The position numbers and the translations under genes were made by a program. Under the pieces are notes generated by a model that was not told the DNA's origin, did not search any database, and saw nothing but the letters and a program-made list of their open reading frames with translations. 25,869 bases of DNA from Candidatus Methylomirabilota bacterium (lineage in GTDB: Bacteria; Methylomirabilota; Methylomirabilia; Rokubacteriales; CSP1-6), in the NCBI GenBank assembly GCA_036276335.1, contig DASUPA010000342.1, forward strand, positions 1 through 25,869. The letters run 5' to 3'. Shown here piece after piece: positions 18,139 to 24,829 of the stretch. Within the stretch, counting starts at the first letter, position 1; each line of letters starts with the position of its first letter.

Positions 18139-20100
18139 CTAGGCGAGGAGCGGAAGCTGCATCCGCACGGTCGGCCGGTCGTCCAGGCGCGCGCTGGCGA
18201 CGCTGCCGCCGTGCAGCTCGAGCAGCCGGCGCACGATCGCCAGCCGCATTCCGGTCACGGGCGCGTTGGAGGCGCCGGCGGCGCTCACGTCGAGCATCGC
18301 CGACGCTCCGTCGCGCTCGAGGCGGAGGCGGACGCGCCCGCCCGTCGGCGTCACCCGCAGCGCGCCCTCGAGCACCCGCTGGAGCACCTGGCGCAGCCGG
18401 CGCCCGTCACCGCTGACCCGCGCGTCGAGCACGTGCTCGCTGAAATCGATGGCGACGTTCTTCGCGCGCGCCTCTTCGCCGACGGCGCGCGCGGCGAGCT
18501 CGACGACGTCGACGAGCGCCACCGGGACGCGCTCGAGCTCGAGGCCGCCGGTCACGAGCCGCGCGAACAGCCGCTGCAGCTCGCGCGTCTCGCGGCGCCG
18601 CCGGCGGTCGTCCACCGCCACCGCCGCGCGCCGGGCCAGCTCGCACGCGAGAGCGACGTCGTCGTCGCTCAGCGGGCCCTCCTCGCCGACCCGCACGAGC
18701 GTGAGCGCGCCCAGCGCGCGGCGACGGGCGACCAGCGGCGCGCACACGTAACCGCCGACCCCGAGCTGCCCGAGGAGCACGCGCTCCTCGGCGCTGCCGC
18801 GGCTCTCCATCTCTTCCGGCGTCGCGCCCGTGTAGCGCCACTGCACCACCTGCGTGCTCAGGGCGCGGCCGAGCGCGCTGTCCGGCGGCGGCGCCGCCGC
18901 CTGGCCGCCGAGCAGGACGGCGGCGGCCCGCTCGGCGACCGCGTTGCGGTGCGCCAGGGCCACCCGCCGGTAGCCGCCGTCGCGATCGCGGAGGTCGATG
19001 GCGCACCAGTCGGCCACGGCCGGCACGGCGAGGCGCGCCACGCCGGCGAGCGCGGAGGCGGCGTCGCGGCCGGCGAACAGGGCCGTGGTCGCGTCGGCCA
19101 GGAACACGCTGCGCTGCCGCGCCGCCTCGGTCGCCCGGCGCGCGCGCTGCGCGTCCTCGAACAGGCGCGCGTTCCGGATGGCCGCCCCGACGCGGTCGGC
19201 CGCCAGCTGCAGGAAGCGCGCCTCGTCCGCGCTGAAGCCCCGGCGCTGCCGGCGCGCGGCGTGCACGACGCCGACGAGGTCGCCGTCGACCGACACCGGG
19301 ACACCGATGAGCGAGTGGACGTGCGCCGCGCGCAGGGGACCGAGGTCCACCTCGGCGGCGGCGTCCTCGAGGATGACCGGCTGGCCGCCGGCCGCGATGC
19401 GGCCGCTCAGCCCTTCGCCGATCGGCACGCGAGCCTCGAACCCGGCCGCGGCCTCCAGGCCGACGGCGTGCGCCAGCGCCAGGTGCGCGCCGTCCTCGGT
19501 GGGCAGCAGGATCACCGTCGTGTCCGCCTCCACCGCGTCGTGGAGGCGCTCGAGGATCCCGTGCAGCAGGTCGTCGAGCGACCGGTGCGTCAGGACGGCC
19601 TCGGTGATCGACTCCAGCCGCTGGACCATCTCCACCGCGGCCTCGACCTCCGCGCGTGCCATCTGCTCGCGCCGCAGCCGCTGGTCGCGCTCGTGCTCGA
19701 GCCGCTTCTGCTCGGTCGCGTCCATCATCAGGCCGCGCAGCCGGCCGGAGCCCGCCTGGTGCACCCGGCCCCGCAGCCAGATCACCGTGCCGTCCGCCTT
19801 CGTCGCCCGGAACTCGTGATCCACCACGTGGCCGCGGGCCGCCTCCTCGTACGCGCGCTGGGCCTGCTCGCGGTCGCGGGCGTCGACCAGGGTCGACCAG
19901 AAGTCCTGGGTGGCGAGCCAACGCTCCAGCGGATAGCCGAGCAGATCCTCGGCCCGGCGGCTGACGAACGTGAAGCGCTGCGTGGTGGGCTCGAGCTCCC
20001 AGACGATGCCGTCGAGCTCGTGCACCAGATCCCGGAAGCGACGCTCGGCGCCGTCGTCGGCGATATGCGTGGATCCGGCCGCAGACGCGAGGGTGTCCAT
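18139..20100 (-). CDS. PAS-GAF-GAF sensor with degenerate histidine-kinase C-terminus (pseudokinase), 653 aa
   Basis: PAS_3 (IVWE...FVS...LLGY...DRE...EFR...DG..IW) and two GAF domains. The HATPase-like tail has no H-box, N-box or D-box residues. Start ATG 20100. Confidence 0.78.
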   Translation of the reverse strand: MDTLASAAGSTHIADDGAERRFRDLVHELDGIVWELEPTTQRFTFVSRRAEDLLGYPLERWLATQDFWSTLVDARDREQAQRAYEEAARGHVVDHEFRATKADGTVIWLRGRVHQAGSGRLRGLMMDATEQKRLEHERDQRLRREQMARAEVEAAVEMVQRLESITEAVLTHRSLDDLLHGILERLHDAVEADTTVILLPTEDGAHLALAHAVGLEAAAGFEARVPIGEGLSGRIAAGGQPVILEDAAAEVDLGPLRAAHVHSLIGVPVSVDGDLVGVVHAARRQRRGFSADEARFLQLAADRVGAAIRNARLFEDAQRARRATEAARQRSVFLADATTALFAGRDAASALAGVARLAVPAVADWCAIDLRDRDGGYRRVALAHRNAVAERAAAVLLGGQAAAPPPDSALGRALSTQVVQWRYTGATPEEMESRGSAEERVLLGQLGVGGYVCAPLVARRRALGALTLVRVGEEGPLSDDDVALACELARRAAVAVDDRRRRRETRELQRLFARLVTGGLELERVPVALVDVVELAARAVGEEARAKNVAIDFSEHVLDARVSGDGRRLRQVLQRVLEGALRVTPTGGRVRLRLERDGASAMLDVSAAGASNAPVTGMRLAIVRRLLELHGGSVASARLDDRPTVRMQLPLLA

Positions 20101-20115
20101 CGCGCCGGCAACGAG

Positions 20116-20130
20116 GCAAGCGGCATGCCA
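20116..20130 (-). promoter_or_regulatory. Putative sigma54 (-24/-12) promoter
   Basis: TGGCATGCCGCTTGC versus consensus TGGCACG-N4-TTGC, with the exact 10-nt GG-to-GC spacing. Predicted TSS about 20104. Confidence 0.65.
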
Positions 20131-20276
20131 GACCGGTCGTTGTAACAACGCCTCGAATCGCCGCGCGAACGCGGCACGCGTCACGGTCGCGCTGGCGTCC
20201 GCAACGCCGCCGCGGCGGGCCGGCTTCGCGTGGCGCCGGGCCTGCCGTGTCAACCGCGTCCCGGGCGACTCCGCCC

Positions 20277-20297
20277 TGTGCACGGAGCGGGTGCACA
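20277..20297. promoter_or_regulatory. Inverted repeat matching an NtrC-type enhancer (TGCAC-N7-GTGCA)
   Basis: TGTGCAC-GGAGCGG-GTGCACA, a perfect 7-7-7 palindrome about 180 bp upstream of the predicted sigma54 TSS. Confidence 0.5.
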
Positions 20298-20335
20298 TGG
20301 AAACTCGGTTGCAGCGCCGGTGTCGCCCCCGCGAG

Positions 20336-21451
20336 TCAGGGCACGAGGGCCGCGCGACTGATCGACGTCGTCTCGCGGTTGTGCCACTCGGACTCCGTGA
20401 ACGCCTTGTTGATCTGCTCCAGCGGATACTTGTGGGAGATCAGCCGGTCGAACGGAAAGCGCGTGCGGTTGCGCACGAGGAAATCGAGCGCGCGCGGGAT
20501 CACCCACGCGTCGTACATGATCACGCCGACGATCCGCTTGGCGCCCCAGACCAGCTGGGCGGGCTCGAAGTCGACCCTGGCGCCCCGCGAGATGGTGCCG
20601 ATCTCCAGATAGGTCCCGCCCGGCCGCAGCATGTCGATGCCCTCGGGAATCACCTGGGGGAAGCCGACGAAGTCGCACGCGACGTCGGCGCCGAGGCCGC
20701 CCGTCCACTTGCGCACCAGCGCCACCCGGTCCCGGCGCTCCGTGATCTCCCGCACGTTGATCACGTGATCGGCGCCGAAGGCGGTGGCCAGCTCCAGCCG
20801 GCCCGGGAGCTGGTCGACGACGATGACGGTCGCGGCGCCCATGTCCCTGGCCACGGCCGCCGCCTGGACGCCGAGGCCGCCGGCGCCCTGGATCACCACG
20901 CTGCCGCCGAACCGCAGCCCGGCCTCGTGCAGCCCGAAGATCACCTGCGAGAGCGCGCAGTTCACCGGGGAGACGAGCTCGTCCGTCAGCGCGTCGGGCA
21001 CGGCGAAGACGGCGCCGCCGGGCCGCAGGTAGTAGTACTCCGCGAAGGCGCCGTGGAAGTGCGGGAACTCCGAGGGGCCGCGCGGCCGCTCGATCTTGGC
21101 GGGGCAGGCGGCCGGCTGCTTGTTCAGGCAGACGGCGCAGCGCCCGCACGGATAGAAGTAGGTGTACGCGACGCGGTCGCCCTCGCGCAGCGGCCGGCCC
21201 AGCGAATCCGTCTTCACGTTCCGGCCGAGCTTCGCCACCCGGCCCATCATCTCGTGCCCGAAGATCCAGCCGTCCTCCGGCAGCCGCAGCGGCGCGTCGC
21301 CGCGCCAGAAGTGCAGGTCGGAGCCGCACACGTTGGCGAGCGAGACCTTGACCAGGATGGCGTCCGGCTCGATGTCCGGCAGCGTCACGTCGCGGAGCTC
21401 GAACGGCTTGCCCGGGCCGAGGAACACGGCGGCCTTGCCGGTGGTGGCCAT
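20336..21451 (-). CDS. Zinc-binding medium-chain dehydrogenase/reductase
   Basis: CGSDLH, GHE motif, structural Zn site CGRCAVC...C, GAGGLG Rossmann motif, and Asp after beta-B (VVDQ) suggesting NAD(H). SD AAGGGAG. Confidence 0.9.
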   Translation of the reverse strand: MATTGKAAVFLGPGKPFELRDVTLPDIEPDAILVKVSLANVCGSDLHFWRGDAPLRLPEDGWIFGHEMMGRVAKLGRNVKTDSLGRPLREGDRVAYTYFYPCGRCAVCLNKQPAACPAKIERPRGPSEFPHFHGAFAEYYYLRPGGAVFAVPDALTDELVSPVNCALSQVIFGLHEAGLRFGGSVVIQGAGGLGVQAAAVARDMGAATVIVVDQLPGRLELATAFGADHVINVREITERRDRVALVRKWTGGLGADVACDFVGFPQVIPEGIDMLRPGGTYLEIGTISRGARVDFEPAQLVWGAKRIVGVIMYDAWVIPRALDFLVRNRTRFPFDRLISHKYPLEQINKAFTESEWHNRETTSISRAALVP

Positions 21452-21463
21452 GGACGCTCCCTT

Positions 21464-21946
21464 CTACCGCTGGTGGCCGAGGCCGAAGGTGTCGTGCAGC
21501 GCGCGCACCGCCAGCTCGGCGTACTTGTCCTCGATCACGCACGAGACGGCGATCTCGGACGTGGAGATCATCTGGATGTTGATGCCTTCCTTGGAGAGGG
21601 CGGCGAACATCTGCGCGGCGACGCCGGAGTGGCTCCGCATGCCGACGCCGACGATGGAGACCTTGGCGACGCGCTCGTCGTGCGAGACGCCCTCGGCGCC
21701 GACCTGCCGCGCGATCGCCTCCAGCGCGGCCTGCGCGCGGGGATGGTCGCCGCGGGGCAGCGTGAAGGAGATGTCGGTGAAGCCGTCCCGGCTGATGTTC
21801 TGCACGATCATGTCGACGACGACGTTCTTCGCGGCGACCGCGCCGAAGACCTGGGCGGCGATGCCCGGCCGGTCGGGCACCCGGAGCAGCGAGATCTTCG
21901 CCTGGCTCCGGTCGTGAGTGATGCCGGTGACGACCGCCTCTTCCAT
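21464..21946 (-). CDS. Putative aspartate kinase beta subunit from an internal in-frame start (Met245, 160 aa)
   Basis: AAGAGGAG, 6-nt spacer, then ATG GAA GAG at the boundary between the catalytic and ACT domains. Confidence 0.65.
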   Translation of the reverse strand: MEEAVVTGITHDRSQAKISLLRVPDRPGIAAQVFGAVAAKNVVVDMIVQNISRDGFTDISFTLPRGDHPRAQAALEAIARQVGAEGVSHDERVAKVSIVGVGMRSHSGVAAQMFAALSKEGINIQMISTSEIAVSCVIEDKYAELAVRALHDTFGLGHQR

Positions 21947-22678
21947 CCCGCTCTCCTCTTTCGTCACGATCGTGCCGGGGTCGCGCTTGAAGGTCGACCG
22001 CACGTGCACGGTCACGCCGTACTTCTTCGCGAACTCCACCGACCGCGCCTGGAGCACCTTGGCGCCGAGGCTCGCCATCTCGAGCATCTCGTCGTAGGCG
22101 ACGCGCGGCAGCTTGCGCGCGTCCGGCACGACGTTCGGATCGGCGGTGTACACGCCGTCGACGTCCGTGTAGATCTCGCAGACGTCGGCCTCGAGGGCGG
22201 CGGCCAGCGCCACCGCCGTGAGGTCGGACCCGCCGCGCCCCAGGGTGGTGATCTCGTCCGCGTCCGACAGGCCCTGGAAGCCGGCGACGACGACGATCTC
22301 GCCCGCCTCCAGCGCGGCCCGGGCGCGCTCGGGATTGATCTGGGTGATGCGCGCCTTGGTGTGGCCCCGGTCGGTCCGGATGCCGACCTGGGGCCCCGTG
22401 AGCGACCGCGCCTTGAGCCCCAGCGAGTGCAGCGCCATCGAGAGCAGCGCGATGGTCACCTGCTCGCCGGTCGCGAGCAGCATGTCCATCTCGCGGGGCT
22501 CGGGCGTCGACGCCACCCGGGCGGCCAGGGCCAGCAGGCCGTCGGTCGTCTTGCCCATCGCCGACACGACGACGACGACCCGATGCCCGGCGGCGCTCTC
22601 CGCGACGCGCCGGGCGACGTTCTTGATCTTCTCGGCGTCGGCGACGGACGAGCCGCCGTACTTCTGCACGATCAGCAT
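21464..22678 (-). CDS. lysC: Aspartate kinase (alpha subunit, two C-terminal ACT domains)
   Basis: [24 protein letters not shown]...[32 protein letters not shown] and IQMISTSEI. Confidence 0.97.
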   Translation of the reverse strand: MLIVQKYGGSSVADAEKIKNVARRVAESAAGHRVVVVVSAMGKTTDGLLALAARVASTPEPREMDMLLATGEQVTIALLSMALHSLGLKARSLTGPQVGIRTDRGHTKARITQINPERARAALEAGEIVVVAGFQGLSDADEITTLGRGGSDLTAVALAAALEADVCEIYTDVDGVYTADPNVVPDARKLPRVAYDEMLEMASLGAKVLQARSVEFAKKYGVTVHVRSTFKRDPGTIVTKEESGMEEAVVTGITHDRSQAKISLLRVPDRPGIAAQVFGAVAAKNVVVDMIVQNISRDGFTDISFTLPRGDHPRAQAALEAIARQVGAEGVSHDERVAKVSIVGVGMRSHSGVAAQMFAALSKEGINIQMISTSEIAVSCVIEDKYAELAVRALHDTFGLGHQR

Positions 22679-22687
22679 AGATCTCGA

Positions 22688-22717
22688 AATCTACATGAGC
22701 CGCGCACGCCGAGGCAA
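22688..22717 (-). promoter_or_regulatory. Putative sigma70 promoter for lysC
   Basis: TTGCCT (22717-22712), 18 nt, TAGATT (22693-22688), then 9 nt to the ATG. No clear SD. Confidence 0.5.
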
Positions 22718-22734
22718 GGAACGCGCCGCCGGCG

Positions 22735-23736
22735 TCACGCCGCCGTGGTCGGCGCGCGCCGCGCCTCGCCGAGGTCGAGCTGCTCGCGCAGGAGGTAGAG
22801 CCAGCCCACGAGCACGATGGGGACCGCCGCGCTCGCGTGGTAGATGAGCGCGTAGGCGACCGCCGTGGCCGGCGCCACGCCGAAGATGTCGAGCGCGAGC
22901 CGGGCGGCGAAGTGCCACACGCCGAGGTAGCCGGGGGCGGACGGCACGCTGATCCCGAGGCCGACGAAGGCGAGGACGACCCAGCCCGCCACGAAAGGCA
23001 GATCCAGGTGGACGGCGCGCAGCATCGTCCACGCCGACAGTGCCGGCAGCAGCCACACGGCGACCGTCCAGGCCGCGATGCGCACGGCGTGCGCCGGCGT
23101 CCGGATGCCCTGCAGGCCGCGCAGCGCGATGTCGAACGTCCCCAGCGCGGCGCGCGCCAGCCGCGGCCACCGGCCGGTGACGCGGGCGACGAGCCGCCGG
23201 CCCAGGTCCGGCGCCCAGGCCGCGGTCACGAGCAGGGCGACGCCGACGAGATCGATGACGAGCACGATACCGGCCGCCCACTCGACCGCGGCCGGCACCG
23301 GGATGACGAAGACGAGGATCGCCAGGATGAGGACGATGGCGAGGCTGTCGAGCACGCGCTCGATGACCACGGTGGCCGCGACCAGCCAGAACGCCTGGGT
23401 CGCGCTGAGCGGCTCGACCGCGCGGAGGCGGCGCGCCGCCGCGTAGATCCGCACCAGCTCGCCGGCGCGCAGCGGCAGCACGTTGTTCGCCATGTAGCCG
23501 ATCATCGTGGCCGGGACGATGCCGGGCGGGGGGGCGCCGGGCGGGAAGAGCCAGCGCCACCGGAACGCGCGCGCGTACAGCCCGGCGAGGCCGAGGACGA
23601 CGCTCACCAGCACCCAGCCCCAGCTCGTGCGCGCCAGCTGGGCGCCCAGCTCGCGGAGGTCGACGCTGGTGAGGAGGAACGCGAACAGCGCGACGCTGAT
23701 CGCGACGCCGAGGCCGAGGCGCAGGCGGTGGCTCAG
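22735..23736 (-). CDS. Lysylphosphatidylglycerol synthase TM-domain / UPF0104 (flippase-like) membrane protein
   Basis: RAFRWRWL, GYMANNVLPLRAGELVR, ATVVIERVLD and VPSAPGYLGVWH, with multiple TM helices. Likely start is CTG 23736 overlapping the thrC TGA. Confidence 0.8.
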   Translation of the reverse strand: MSHRLRLGLGVAISVALFAFLLTSVDLRELGAQLARTSWGWVLVSVVLGLAGLYARAFRWRWLFPPGAPPPGIVPATMIGYMANNVLPLRAGELVRIYAAARRLRAVEPLSATQAFWLVAATVVIERVLDSLAIVLILAILVFVIPVPAAVEWAAGIVLVIDLVGVALLVTAAWAPDLGRRLVARVTGRWPRLARAALGTFDIALRGLQGIRTPAHAVRIAAWTVAVWLLPALSAWTMLRAVHLDLPFVAGWVVLAFVGLGISVPSAPGYLGVWHFAARLALDIFGVAPATAVAYALIYHASAAVPIVLVGWLYLLREQLDLGEARRAPTTAA

Positions 23737-24791
23737 AGGCCGAGCTGCGCCAGGACCGCGTCGATCGAGGCGGGAACCGACGTCGGCCGGGTGGCCGATT
23801 CGAGCGCGGTGTCCGGGTCCTTCAGGCCGTGACCGGTCAGCGTGAGCACGAGCGTGGAGCCGGGCTCGAAACGGCCGGCCTTCACGAGCTTCACGAGACC
23901 GGCCACCGTCGCCGCCGAGGCGGGCTCCATGAAGATGCCCTCCTCGCGCGCGAGCATCCGGTAGGCGCGCAGGATCTCCTCGTCGGTCACGATGTCGACC
24001 CAGCCCTGGCTGTCCTTCATCGCCTCGAGGGCGAGGCCCCACGAGGCCGGATTGCCGATCTTGATCGCGGTCGCCACCGTGCGCGGCTCGTCGATGACGC
24101 GGTTCTCGTAGATGGGCGCCGCGCCGGCGGCCTGGAACCCGATCATGCGTGGGAGGTCCTTGATCTTGCCGTCGCGGTGGTACTCGCGGTAGCCGCGCCA
24201 GTAGGCGGAGATGTTGCCCGCGTTGCCCACCGGGATGAGGTGGTAGTCCGGCGCCCGCCCGAGCTGATCCACGACCTCGAACGCGGCGGTCTTCTGGCCC
24301 TCCAGGCGGAACGGGTTCACCGAGTTCACGAGCGTGACCGGGTGCGTCTCGGCGATCTGCCGGACGATGGACAGCGCCTGGTCGAAGTTGCCGTCCACCG
24401 TCAGGACCTTGGCGCCGTGGATGGCCGCCTGCGACAGCTTCCCGAGCGCGATGGCGCCCTTCGGCACCATGACGAACGCCCGCAGGCCTGCGCGGGCCGC
24501 GAACGCGGCCGCCGACGCCGAGGTATTGCCGGTCGACGCACAGATCACCGCTCGCGACCCGGCCTCGACCGCCTTCGAGATGGCCATCGTCATCCCGCGG
24601 TCCTTGAACGACCCCGTGGGGGTGAAGCCCTCGCACTTCAGATAGATCGACAGGCTCGGGTCCGTGGCCTCCGCCAGCCGCGGCGCCGGCACCAGCGGCG
24701 TATTCCCCTCGTGCAGCGTCACGACCGGCGTCCTGTCGCTCACCGGCAAGTACCGCCGATACGTCTCGATGACGCCCGGCCACCCGCTCAT
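23733..24791 (-). CDS. thrC: Threonine synthase (short, Thermus/Bacillus type)
   Basis: TLHEGNTPL, PLP lysine in PTGSFKDRG, CASTGNTSASAA, NSVNPFRLEGQKT, PVGNAGNI and TGHGLKDP. Confidence 0.95.
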   Translation of the reverse strand: MSGWPGVIETYRRYLPVSDRTPVVTLHEGNTPLVPAPRLAEATDPSLSIYLKCEGFTPTGSFKDRGMTMAISKAVEAGSRAVICASTGNTSASAAAFAARAGLRAFVMVPKGAIALGKLSQAAIHGAKVLTVDGNFDQALSIVRQIAETHPVTLVNSVNPFRLEGQKTAAFEVVDQLGRAPDYHLIPVGNAGNISAYWRGYREYHRDGKIKDLPRMIGFQAAGAAPIYENRVIDEPRTVATAIKIGNPASWGLALEAMKDSQGWVDIVTDEEILRAYRMLAREEGIFMEPASAATVAGLVKLVKAGRFEPGSTLVLTLTGHGLKDPDTALESATRPTSVPASIDAVLAQLGL

Positions 24792-24829
24792 GCGGTGCCG
24801 CTTCGAGCGCCGGCCTTGCCGGCGCTCAT
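24788..24829 (-). CDS. Putative 13-aa bridging mini-ORF MSAGKAGARSGTA
   Basis: ATG 24829-24827 overlaps the hom TGA. Its TGA 24790-24788 overlaps the thrC ATG. Confidence 0.35.
   Translation of the reverse strand: MSAGKAGARSGTA
24805..24827. repeat. Perfect 10-bp GC-rich hairpin in the hom-thrC spacer
   Basis: GAGCGCCGGC-CTT-GCCGGCGCTC. No U-tract. Confidence 0.7.

Noticed and set aside
18139-18620. Calling the sensor gene a pseudogene
   Set aside because: There is no frameshift or internal stop, the C-terminus is normal and the promoter is intact. It was kept as a pseudokinase CDS pending dN/dS.
20248-20253. Perfect TTGACA on the - strand upstream of the sensor gene
   Set aside because: No -10-like hexamer lies 16-18 nt downstream (CGCGAA). 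The sigma54 box explains the region better.
22691-22738. GTGA-initiated 15-aa ORF (MTPAARSLPRRARLM) between the membrane protein and lysC as a third bridge or leader peptide
   Set aside because: It stops 12 nt short of the lysC ATG, has no Lys/Thr run expected of an attenuator, and the region is better explained as the lysC promoter.
19970-22798. 942-aa + strand ORF, and similar long antisense or alternate-frame ORFs (e.g. 1763-3211, 11232-12884, 12316-14292, 14100-15431, 17986-20145)
   Set aside because: They lie opposite or out of frame to well-supported genes, are Arg/Ala/Gly/Pro-rich and motif-free. These are shadow ORFs expected at this GC content.
24628-24636. ThrC motif reads EGFTPTGSFKDRG instead of the usual NPTGSFKDRG
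   Set aside because: It is a single-base difference (ACC vs AAC) and the PLP lysine and all other motifs are intact. It could be a strain variant or a read error and is not enough to claim altered function.
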